DNA from: Puia sp. | Lineage (GTDB): Bacteria > Bacteroidota > Bacteroidia > Chitinophagales > Chitinophagaceae | Assembly (NCBI RefSeq): GCF_036500295.1 | Contig: NZ_DASYCH010000075.1 | Span: 3,458 to 67,457 of the forward strand | DNA length: 64,000 nt | Reading direction: 5' to 3' | Shown: positions 9,480 through 17,909 of the stretch, one piece after another | How the letters are laid out: each line of letters starts with the position of its first letter | Position numbering within the stretch: position 1 is the first letter of the stretch | Program-made: the position numbers and the translations under genes | Notes under the pieces: generated by a model | The model's database searches: none | Told to the model about the DNA's origin: nothing | What the model saw: only the letters and a program-made list of their open reading frames with translations

Positions 9480-11042
9480 TTAATGTTCCTTTAACTTTTC
9501 TCTTGCTAGTCCCTTCAAAAGCAACAACGTCGGCCCCTTCTTCCAGTCGACCGTGTCCTTGCTCAAAGATGGCCCCACCGAAAAATTTCCCAGCACCAGA
9601 TCCATTCGCCCATCTCCATCCACATCCCCCGCATCCATCGTCAGCCACCGCCCGCTCCGTGCAGCCGGTACCGAATACGGAGTAAAGTTCAGGCCTCCCC
9701 GGTTCTCCAAATAGACAAAGCCCTCTTCCGGCCGCCGCCGGTAGTCGGCGAAATACGCGATCAACGCAATGTCCAGGTCCCCATCCCCGTCAAAATCCCG
9801 GGCAATCGCCTTGTAACATCCATTGATGGGGTAGAAGAACTTCCGGTAGAACCGGTTGTTCCCGTCATTTAAAAAGATATACACCCCATGATAAGGTTTC
9901 AGGACAACAGAATAGTCCGCATTGTCCCCACAGGTATAAATAATATCCGGGTGGCCATCCCGATTGATATCGGCCAGCTCGAACGAGGACGACCCATAAG
10001 CCGGCGGAAACCGCAACACCTCCCGCTCCTCGAACCGCCCCTGCCCCTTATTAGTATAGAGGAAGATCCCCTCTTCCCCCTGCGCGAACAACACCCAGAT
10101 ATCGGGACGCCCATCTTTATTGACATCCTGGACATACGCCTTTATCGCACCCGGCTGCGCCCGCAACACATGCCGGATAAATCCGCCCTTGCCGTTATCT
10201 TCCATCCAGGTCAATGCCCCTCGCAGATTGCCAAATTCACAAACCACATAGTCGGTCCGCCCATCCCCATTCATATCCGCCCCCGTCACCTGGACCGGCC
10301 GCGCAAGATCCCGCAGAAAAGGCATGCTGTCCATCCGCATCCGCCCCACCCCGTCAATATGCACCCTATAGGCATTACCAAGCCGGGCATTGTTGGGATT
10401 GATGTTACCGATATCACACGCAACCCCGGCCGTATCGCCAATCTGCATATCGACGATCCCGCCGCGGACAAACTGCGAGTCCAGTTTACTCCCCCGGGGA
10501 TCATACCGGGAGACCACACCCGGGAACACCCTGCCCCCAAGGATCTGATGCCTCTTCCCCATCGTGTCGATATGCACAAAACAGGTGACGGGAGCAGTTC
10601 CGTCCTTGATCCATACCGGTTGAAAAAGGGCCGGCCTGTCCCGGATAGGCACATGATCCGGCTGCGGCGGCATCGAATCCGGTGACATCCCGGAATAATA
10701 ATCGATGATGTCCTGCCATTCCCGGTCCGTCATCAACGGCCTCGACGGATAAGCCTCGGTCCCGACATACGGATCGAAAAGATAGGAAGGATACCGCTCC
10801 TTCTTGTATTGAAAGATACCCAGCCTCGGCCCCATGGCCGGCAAGACCCCCGCCTCCCAGGTCTTCTTGTTTAACAATTCAGGCACTGGTAACACATGAC
10901 ATGACTTACAGTAAAGCGACGCCAGCACACGGCCATGCCGGATGGAAGAATCCGCGATCACCAAACCGGCCGAATTATGCGCAGGGGATCGACAGGAGGA
11001 CAGAAACAGGCAAACGACTGTTATTTTTTGAAGTATCTTCAT
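9480..11042 (-). CDS. Lipoprotein with N-terminal single haem c domain and FG-GAP beta-propeller
   Basis: Start taken at MKILQKITVVCLFLSSC (lipobox); CKSCH haem motif with candidate axial Met (VLPAMG); five DxNxDGxxD/DxDGDGxxD repeats. Confidence 0.8.
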   Translation of the reverse strand: MKILQKITVVCLFLSSCRSPAHNSAGLVIADSSIRHGRVLASLYCKSCHVLPVPELLNKKTWEAGVLPAMGPRLGIFQYKKERYPSYLFDPYVGTEAYPSRPLMTDREWQDIIDYYSGMSPDSMPPQPDHVPIRDRPALFQPVWIKDGTAPVTCFVHIDTMGKRHQILGGRVFPGVVSRYDPRGSKLDSQFVRGGIVDMQIGDTAGVACDIGNINPNNARLGNAYRVHIDGVGRMRMDSMPFLRDLARPVQVTGADMNGDGRTDYVVCEFGNLRGALTWMEDNGKGGFIRHVLRAQPGAIKAYVQDVNKDGRPDIWVLFAQGEEGIFLYTNKGQGRFEEREVLRFPPAYGSSSFELADINRDGHPDIIYTCGDNADYSVVLKPYHGVYIFLNDGNNRFYRKFFYPINGCYKAIARDFDGDGDLDIALIAYFADYRRRPEEGFVYLENRGGLNFTPYSVPAARSGRWLTMDAGDVDGDGRMDLVLGNFSVGPSLSKDTVDWKKGPTLLLLKGLAREKLKEH

Positions 11043-11046
11043 TACT

Positions 11047-11346
11047 ATGAAAAAGATTGCCTGGTCGATAGCACTGCTCCTGGTCACCGCGGCAGGCTGC
11101 CAAAGGAAGAGGTCGGCAGCAGAAATAAAAGATCACCTCAAGGAAGCGATGGCGGAAAAACTGCAAAAACAACGGCCGCCCAATGCGCCTCCACTGCATT
11201 TTAAGATCATCGACGTGATCTACTTCGAAGATGTCAAATACTATGACTGTGAGTTTACGATACAACTCCAGCGAACCAATGGCTCCGATACCACCGGAAA
11301 AGTAAGAGGAAGAGTGTCGAAGGATTTTACCACCGTCCTCAGATAA
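11047..11346 (+). CDS. Small hypothetical lipoprotein
   Basis: 99 aa with clear lipoprotein signal MKKIAWSIALLLVTAAGC; followed by a terminator hairpin. Confidence 0.75.
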   Translation: MKKIAWSIALLLVTAAGCQRKRSAAEIKDHLKEAMAEKLQKQRPPNAPPLHFKIIDVIYFEDVKYYDCEFTIQLQRTNGSDTTGKVRGRVSKDFTTVLR

Positions 11347-11348
11347 AC

Positions 11349-11377
11349 CGGATGGCATTGTTAAACAATGCCATCCG
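11349..11377. terminator. Bidirectional terminator-like hairpin between convergent genes
   Basis: Perfect 13-bp inverted repeat CGGATGGCATTGT-TAA-ACAATGCCATCCG; U-tract weak. Confidence 0.65.
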
Positions 11378-11392
11378 TGATCATTTCATTCG

Positions 11393-11974
11393 CTAGCTGG
11401 TTGCCCAGGCCTTTTCACCCTTCTTATAATCGACACACCCCTCATACTTGCCCGGCACGGCGACATAACGCAAAGCCTTGGTCGCACCCGGCTCCGAAGT
11501 AAAGTACCCCCATAACGTTAATTCCTTCATCATGCGGAAGTAATGCGCCGGGTCGTCCTTCTTCTTCTTGTCGGTATACTCCTTTTGCTCCTTGTCCAGA
11601 TCGACCAGGAGGTTATGACGCTGCTCCGGCGTGCACTCCATAAAGGACTTGCCGTTCTTCGCCTTGCAGGCGGCTTCCAGCTTCAGCATGCCATCGAGAA
11701 ATATCTTCTGATCTGCCTCTGTATAGCAGTCCTTCACGATCCTGCCCATAAACTCACCCACCTTCGCTTCCTTGGCGCCCGGGGTATCCGTTGCCGGCAG
11801 GATGGTCTCCGAAACCTCGTCCAGGAAAGCGATATCATCGTTGGAGAAGTTGGTACCCGCTCCGCCGACACGCTTCTCCGGCGAATTGGTACATCCCGAC
11901 AGAAAGGCCTCGGCGCCGATAATGGTTCCACCCAGTAACAGCCCAACCCGGGCCAATGCGTCTCTTCTATTCAT
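11393..11974 (-). CDS. Gluconate 2-dehydrogenase subunit 3 family protein (Tat-exported small subunit of GMC dehydrogenase)
   Basis: Twin-arginine leader MNRRDAL; motifs LPATDTPGAKEAKVGEF and FRMMKELTLWGYFTSE; downstream of GMC genes. Confidence 0.9.
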   Translation of the reverse strand: MNRRDALARVGLLLGGTIIGAEAFLSGCTNSPEKRVGGAGTNFSNDDIAFLDEVSETILPATDTPGAKEAKVGEFMGRIVKDCYTEADQKIFLDGMLKLEAACKAKNGKSFMECTPEQRHNLLVDLDKEQKEYTDKKKKDDPAHYFRMMKELTLWGYFTSEPGATKALRYVAVPGKYEGCVDYKKGEKAWATS

Positions 11975-11990
11975 AATGTTGATTTTTTTT

Positions 11991-12077
11991 GTGCCCCGGG
12001 ATGGGTTTCACCGAAAATAACCCATCCCCGGTGCACGGCTTATGATGGGCCTTCGGCCGACGAGCCTGTGGCTCGTC
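11991..12077 (-). repeat. Three-hairpin intergenic element, copy A
   Basis: Minus strand GACGAGCC-ACA-GGCTCGTC, GGCC-GAA-GGCC, CATCATAAG spacer, long GGGGATGGGTT/AACCCATCCC hairpin; homologous to copies at 55035, 56469, 58869 and 59246. Confidence 0.9.
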
Positions 12078-13791
12078 AAAGGTCTCCTTTTTTTAATTCA
12101 GTCACGGCAAAATCCGCCGCCCTCGCCGTAAGGGCCATATAGGTCAACGAAGGATTTTGACAGGCCGACGAGGCCATACAAGCCCCATCCGTAACAAAAA
12201 CATTCGGCGCATCCCAAACCTGGTTATGCCCGTTCAGCACACTGGTCTTCGGATCACGCCCCATCCGCGCCGAACCCATCTCATGGATGCCGTCACCCAC
12301 CGGATGTCCCCGGTCCCACGAATGAACGCCCTTTACCCCGGCCGCCTCCAGCATCGCCACCGCCTCCGACTGCATATCTTTCCGCATCTTCTTCTCATTG
12401 TCCTTCAGCTCCGCATCCATCGACAGGATCGGCAAACCCCACTTGTCCTTCTTCTCCTTGTCAAGCGTGATCTTGTTCTCATGATAAGGAAGCAGCTCTC
12501 CAAATCCCGTGATGCCGATCGTCCACTGCCCCGGCTCCGTCAACGTCTCCTTCAACGTAGCGCCCACGCTCATCTCCGCCACATTCCGCTGCCAGCCTTC
12601 CCGGCTCGCTCCTCCCTGATAACCAAATCCCCGCAAATAATCGCGTTTATCGCCAAACAGGTTCGCAAACCGGACAATATATATTCCATTTGGTCTCCTG
12701 CCATACACATACTTGTCCTCATATCCCTCCATCACCCCGGCAGCACCGAGATTGTAGTGATGATCCATGATGTTGTGCCCAAGTTCCCCGCTGCTGCTGC
12801 CCAGCCCGCCCGGCCAGACATCCGTGGCCGAGTTCATCAACACCCAGGCACTGTTCAGCGCACTGGCATTGACAAAAACGATCTTCGAAGAGAAGGTATA
12901 GGTCTTGTTCGTTTCGGCATCCAACACCTCCACTCCCGTAGCTCGCTGCTTATCCTTGTCATAAAGGACACGGGTCACGATCGAGTACGGTCTCACCGTC
13001 AGCTTTCCCGTCGCCCGCGCAGCCGGCAGTGTCGAGGATTGCGTACTGAAATACCCGCCGAACGGACAACCCTCCCAGCAACGGTTCCGGAACTGACACT
13101 GGGTCCTCCCGGGGATCGGCGCCGTCAGGTTGGCGCTGCGGCCGATGATCATATGCCGCTGCCCCTTGAAATGTTCCTTGATCCGGGCCGCCACATCCTT
13201 CTCCACACAGTTCATCTCCATCGGCGGCAAAAAATGGCCATCCGGCAACTGCGGCAACCCTTCCTTACTGCCATTGACACCCGCAAACCGCTCCACATAG
13301 TCGTACCAGGATTCAACATCCTTATAGCGGATCGGCCAGTCGATAGCCCAGCCGTCTTTTTCATTGGCGCCGAAATCATGATCGCTCCACCGGTAGCTCT
13401 GCCTTCCCCAAAGGATCGATCGCCCTCCCAGCCGGTAAGCACGCCACCAGTTGAAAGGCTTTACTTCCGAATACGGACAATCCACATCCTTCGCCCAGGA
13501 ATCGATCACGGCCTCGGTAGCCCCCCAGGTCCTGGCCATATAAGGCCGGTCCTTCAACTCCTGCTGCGTCACCTTGCCCCGGTGCGGAAAGTCCCAGGGG
13601 TCCATATTCGCCGTCTTATAATCCTTTATATGCTCATAGTTGGGCCCACGCTCAAGCATAAGCGTCCGAAGCCCTTTTTCGGTAAGCTCCTTTGCCGCCC
13701 AGCCGCCACTGATCCCGCTGCCGATAACAATGGCGTCATAACGGTTCTGCTCATCCGCCCGGTTGTTGATATTTAGCGTGTCCCCGCCCAT
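12076..13791 (-). CDS. GMC family FAD oxidoreductase (putative glycoside 3-dehydrogenase large subunit), paralog 2
   Basis: GSGISGG FAD motif, C-terminal IHEMGSARMG and NPSLTYMALTARA. Confidence 0.9.
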   Translation of the reverse strand: MGGDTLNINNRADEQNRYDAIVIGSGISGGWAAKELTEKGLRTLMLERGPNYEHIKDYKTANMDPWDFPHRGKVTQQELKDRPYMARTWGATEAVIDSWAKDVDCPYSEVKPFNWWRAYRLGGRSILWGRQSYRWSDHDFGANEKDGWAIDWPIRYKDVESWYDYVERFAGVNGSKEGLPQLPDGHFLPPMEMNCVEKDVAARIKEHFKGQRHMIIGRSANLTAPIPGRTQCQFRNRCWEGCPFGGYFSTQSSTLPAARATGKLTVRPYSIVTRVLYDKDKQRATGVEVLDAETNKTYTFSSKIVFVNASALNSAWVLMNSATDVWPGGLGSSSGELGHNIMDHHYNLGAAGVMEGYEDKYVYGRRPNGIYIVRFANLFGDKRDYLRGFGYQGGASREGWQRNVAEMSVGATLKETLTEPGQWTIGITGFGELLPYHENKITLDKEKKDKWGLPILSMDAELKDNEKKMRKDMQSEAVAMLEAAGVKGVHSWDRGHPVGDGIHEMGSARMGRDPKTSVLNGHNQVWDAPNVFVTDGACMASSACQNPSLTYMALTARAADFAVTELKKGDL

Positions 13792-13794
13792 GAC

Positions 13795-15474
13795 TTACAG
13801 GTTGCCCTTTTTTAGTTCACTTACTGCATGATCCACGGCCCTTGCCGTAAACGCCATATAACTCAACGAAGGATTCACACAATTGGCCGAGACCATGAAC
13901 GAACCGTCGGTCACATAGACATTCTTCGCATCCCACAGCTGGTTCCAGGAGTTCAGCACCGATGTCTTCGGGTCCCTCCCCATCCTTGCCGTACCCATCT
14001 CGTGGATCCCACGGCCGGGATAAGGATTGTCGCTCCGGCTCTTTACATTCTTCACCCCACAGGCTTCCAGCATCTCCACCGCATCGGCCTCCATATCCTT
14101 TCTCATCTTCAACTCATTTTCCTTCAGCTCGCAATCGATGTTCAGGACATTGAGCCCCCATTTATCCTTCTTCGTCTTGTCCAGCGTCACCTTGTTCTCA
14201 TGATAAGGCAGTATCTCGCCGAACCCGCCGATATTCATCGTCCAGGAACCGGGTTCCGTCAACGCCTCCTTGTATTCTTTCCCGATGCTATACTCGGCGA
14301 TCTGGTGATTATAGCCCTCACGGCCGCCCCCACCCTGATAACCGAAGCCCCGCAGATAATCGCGCTTGTCCCCGTTGATATTCCGGAAACGCGGGATATA
14401 GATGCCGTTTGCCCGGCGCCCGAAATAATACTTATCCTCATACCCCTCGACATGACCGCTGGCCCCGACACCAAGATGATGGTCCATCAGGTTATGACCC
14501 AGTTCCCCACTGCTGCTGCCCAGCCCGTCAGGCCAGATATCGGTGGCGGAATTCATCAGGATCCAGGCGCTGTTCAGCGTCGAAGCATTCAGGAAAACGA
14601 TCTTCGCCTTGTATTCGTAGGTCTTGTTGGTCTCTGCATCAAGCACCTCCACACCCGTGGCCTTCTTCGTATCCTTATCATACAGGATCTTCGTAACGAT
14701 CGACCAGGGACGCAAGGTCAGATTACCCGTCGCCTGCGCGGCCGGCAGCGTCGATGACTGCGTACTGAAATAGCCGCCGAACGGACAACCCAGCCAGCAC
14801 TTGTTCCGAAACTGACAGCCCGGCCTTCCTTCGTGCGGCACCGTGATATTGGCTACCCGCCCGATGATCATATGCCGCATACCCTTGTAATGATCCTTGA
14901 GTCTCGCCGAGACATCCTTCTCCACACAGGTCATATCATAAGCCGGCAGGAAATGACTGTCCGGCAGATGCGCGATATTTTCCTTCGACCCGCTGATCCC
15001 GGCCCATTTCTCGACATAAGTGTACCAGGGTTCGATCTCGTGATAACGAACCGGCCAGTCGATCGCAATCCCTTCGCGCTTATTCGCCTCGTAATCGAAA
15101 TCGCTCCACCGGTAACTCTGACGGCCCCACATCAGGCTCCGGCCGCCCGTATGATAACCCCGAAACCAGTCAAATCGCTTGGTCTCTGTATAAGGGCTTT
15201 CGCTATCCTTGCACCAGAAATCCAGGTTCCATTCGTTCAACGGATAGTCGCGCTTCAGCACCGGGTAATCCGCCTTCATCTGCTCCGTCGCCTTGCCGCG
15301 ATGCGGAAAATCCCAGGCCTCCTTGTTCGCACTCGGGTAATCCTTAACGTGTTCGATATGCCGTCCCCGCTCCAGCATGATCACCTTCAATCCTTTTTGG
15401 GTAAGCTCTTTGGCAGCCCAGCCTCCGCTGATGCCGCTGCCGATGACGATCGCGTCATACGTATTGTCAGCCAT
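13795..15474 (-). CDS. GMC family FAD oxidoreductase (putative glycoside 3-dehydrogenase large subunit), paralog 1
   Basis: GSGISGG, IHEMGTARMG, NPSLSYMAFTARA; clearly paralogous to 12076-13791. Confidence 0.9.
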   Translation of the reverse strand: MADNTYDAIVIGSGISGGWAAKELTQKGLKVIMLERGRHIEHVKDYPSANKEAWDFPHRGKATEQMKADYPVLKRDYPLNEWNLDFWCKDSESPYTETKRFDWFRGYHTGGRSLMWGRQSYRWSDFDYEANKREGIAIDWPVRYHEIEPWYTYVEKWAGISGSKENIAHLPDSHFLPAYDMTCVEKDVSARLKDHYKGMRHMIIGRVANITVPHEGRPGCQFRNKCWLGCPFGGYFSTQSSTLPAAQATGNLTLRPWSIVTKILYDKDTKKATGVEVLDAETNKTYEYKAKIVFLNASTLNSAWILMNSATDIWPDGLGSSSGELGHNLMDHHLGVGASGHVEGYEDKYYFGRRANGIYIPRFRNINGDKRDYLRGFGYQGGGGREGYNHQIAEYSIGKEYKEALTEPGSWTMNIGGFGEILPYHENKVTLDKTKKDKWGLNVLNIDCELKENELKMRKDMEADAVEMLEACGVKNVKSRSDNPYPGRGIHEMGTARMGRDPKTSVLNSWNQLWDAKNVYVTDGSFMVSANCVNPSLSYMAFTARAVDHAVSELKKGNL

Positions 15475-15502
15475 AATCGTTACTTATTGTTTTGATGTTT
15501 TA

Positions 15503-16399
15503 TTAAATATCGCAGATCTTCACCCCCGCCTCAAGAGAGTCCAGCTTATCCGCCTTCGCCGGTATGAATTCCTGCGCGACGAACCCCTTATAACCCGTAG
15601 CGGCGATCGCCCGCATGATCGCGGGGTAGAACAACTCCTGGGACTCGTCTATCTCATGACGTCCCGGCACGCCGCCGGTATGGTAATGCCCGAAGTATTG
15701 ATGGTTGTCCGTAATGGTCCGGATCACATCCCCTTCATCTATTTGCATGTGATAGATATCGTACAGTAATTTGAAGTTCTCCGACCCCACCCGCTTTACC
15801 AGCTCGATCCCCCATTTGGTGTTGTCGCACATCTGATCCTTGTGATTGATCTTGCTGTTCAGCAATTCCATATACACCGTGATACCCCGCTTCTCCGCAT
15901 CGCCCAATATATTCTTCAACCCGGTAACACAGTTCTTCAATCCCGTTTCGTCATCCATACCGGCACGATTGCCGCTGAAACAGATCACATTCTTATACCC
16001 CGCCGTGGTCATCATGGGCAGATATTTGGTGTAATTGTCGATCAGCTTGGCATGATACTCGGTGTGGTTCCAGCCTTCGGTCAGACTGATCTCCGCACCG
16101 TTACACATCGAAGAGTAAATGCCGTGCTTCTGCAGCGTTGCCCAATTCTCGGGCGGCACCAGGTCGATAGCACTAAAGCCTATCTGCTTGACGGCAACGC
16201 AAAGATCATCGAGCTGGATGTCGCCATAACACCAACGGCAGACAGAATGATTGATCGTACCCTTTAGTTTCAGTGCTTTCATATCGTGTGGCTTCTTATG
16301 TGACAGTAACAGGGAGACTGCGGCGCCGCCTGCACCAACGACCGCTGCCCCTCCAACGATCGTTTTGATGGCTTTACGCCTTGAAGATTTTTCCGCCAT
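15503..16399 (-). CDS. Tat-signal hydroxypyruvate isomerase / xylose-isomerase-like TIM barrel protein
   Basis: SRRKAIK twin-arginine leader; MELLNS, LLYDIYHMQI, HYHTGGVPGRHE, QEFIP metal-site motifs. Confidence 0.85.
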   Translation of the reverse strand: MAEKSSRRKAIKTIVGGAAVVGAGGAAVSLLLSHKKPHDMKALKLKGTINHSVCRWCYGDIQLDDLCVAVKQIGFSAIDLVPPENWATLQKHGIYSSMCNGAEISLTEGWNHTEYHAKLIDNYTKYLPMMTTAGYKNVICFSGNRAGMDDETGLKNCVTGLKNILGDAEKRGITVYMELLNSKINHKDQMCDNTKWGIELVKRVGSENFKLLYDIYHMQIDEGDVIRTITDNHQYFGHYHTGGVPGRHEIDESQELFYPAIMRAIAATGYKGFVAQEFIPAKADKLDSLEAGVKICDI

Positions 16400-16440
16400 A
16401 GGTCGGTCTGAATTTTATTAAGGAAGGAATTTACGAAATG

Positions 16441-17754
16441 TTATTGATTAACAGCCAGCGCCTCGAGTCCACCGGCCTTTTTCCGGTTGCGCATATAGAA
16501 CACGAGGATCGCAAAGGCAAGGATCAGCACCACGGGAATGACCATCGTGGTCTGCAGCACCTCCGGTCCTGCAGCCGACCTCGCCGCATCATAGGCCCTC
16601 GCCAGATCCGTCCCGGCCGGTGCGGAACGATAGGTATCCAGGCTGGCGCCCGCCGGCAGCTTACCGATCATCAGCCGGTCATAATACCCCCCCATGAACA
16701 TCATATAAATGGAAACCCCGAACATCCCCGCCCCACCCATCAGGTTCAACCCGACAGCACCCGTACGGGGCATGTTCTCCGCTACAAAGCCGATCATACA
16801 GGGCCAGAAGAACGCAACCCCCAACCCAAAGATCACGGCGCCGGCAAAAATGGCCGTTCCCGTTAAATGGATCAGCATATAGATGCCAAGAGCCGAAAAA
16901 ATAGCCGATAACAACAATACCCCCTGCGGCGCAAGCCGATGGACCACCGGACCCGCAAAAGCCCGGCCCAAAACCTGCATCGAAGCCACGAACGTAAGGA
17001 TCAACAGCGAATTCTGCGTCACCGTCCGGAAAAGCACATCGGTCCATTGATTGGTAAACAACTCCGTTATCGCAGTCCCGAACATACAGATGATCATAAA
17101 CAGGAATAGCGGATTGAACAGCGCCTTGTACATCTCATTGGTGCTGACACCGGCGGCAACCCGCTCGGTCACAGGGAATTCCAGCTTCGCAAACAGGTAA
17201 CCATAGATCAGCGTCGGGATCAGCATCACCGCTACCTCCACCTGGGAAACCCAGTAGGGCAACTCCGCGGCTCCCGCAGCCAGCATATTGTTCAGTCCAA
17301 AAACCACCAGCGTCCCGATCACGATGCCCGCGGGGAACCAAAGATGGAAATGGTTCAGTTTCGTAGTCTTGTTCTTTGTAAAAAGCGAGGCTACCAGCGG
17401 ATTACAAGCCGCCTCCACCGTCCCGTTGGCGATCCCGATCAGCAGGGTCGACAGAAAAAGGGTCCAGTATCCGTTCGCGAAGATCGTCAGCAGGATACCC
17501 GCAAGATGAAAGATAAAGGCGCCGACAAGCAGTTTCTTCATCCCGATGATATCGACGATGACCCCGCCGATGACAATTGCCAGCGGAAAACCCCAGAAAG
17601 CGGTCGCGGCGATAGTGCTCAGTTGGGAAGCATCAAGATGAAAATGAACGCCCTGCATGTTCAGGATACCGGCCCGGATGCCAAAAGAAAGAGAAGTTAC
17701 AAGCAATGCCAGACAGCTGGCCGTAAATAGCTTATTGGTGTGGATTTCACGCAT
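16441..17754 (-). CDS. MFS sugar transporter
   Basis: About 12 hydrophobic segments, GGVIVDIIGMKKLL MFS loop motif; start taken at MREIHTNK. Confidence 0.85.
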   Translation of the reverse strand: MREIHTNKLFTASCLALLVTSLSFGIRAGILNMQGVHFHLDASQLSTIAATAFWGFPLAIVIGGVIVDIIGMKKLLVGAFIFHLAGILLTIFANGYWTLFLSTLLIGIANGTVEAACNPLVASLFTKNKTTKLNHFHLWFPAGIVIGTLVVFGLNNMLAAGAAELPYWVSQVEVAVMLIPTLIYGYLFAKLEFPVTERVAAGVSTNEMYKALFNPLFLFMIICMFGTAITELFTNQWTDVLFRTVTQNSLLILTFVASMQVLGRAFAGPVVHRLAPQGVLLLSAIFSALGIYMLIHLTGTAIFAGAVIFGLGVAFFWPCMIGFVAENMPRTGAVGLNLMGGAGMFGVSIYMMFMGGYYDRLMIGKLPAGASLDTYRSAPAGTDLARAYDAARSAAGPEVLQTTMVIPVVLILAFAILVFYMRNRKKAGGLEALAVNQ

Positions 17755-17870
17755 GGCAAGATCAGTTTTTAATTTTGCGACGGGGCGATTTGCGCCTGCC
17801 ACCAGCACTTTTTGTCAACTGGACACAATGTAAATGTAATTTTTTATTTTTAATAAATGTATCCTAAAAT

Positions 17871-17884
17871 TGCAATCGGCTTCA
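17871..17884. promoter_or_regulatory. Candidate LacI-family operator 1
   Basis: TGCAATCGGCTTCA, one mismatch to TGnAAnCGnTTnCA; overlaps near-consensus -7 element TAAAATTG (17865-17872). Confidence 0.5.
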
Positions 17885-17894
17885 CACACACATT

Positions 17895-17908
17895 TGCAAT
17901 CAATTTCA
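17895..17908. promoter_or_regulatory. Candidate LacI-family operator 2
   Basis: TGCAATCAATTTCA, one mismatch to consensus, immediately before the ATG at 17910. Confidence 0.5.
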
Positions 17909-17909
17909 T

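Noticed and set aside
12076-15474. Tandem GMC genes (and tandem DUF4249 genes) as assembly duplications
   Set aside because: The paralogs differ throughout at both protein and DNA level.
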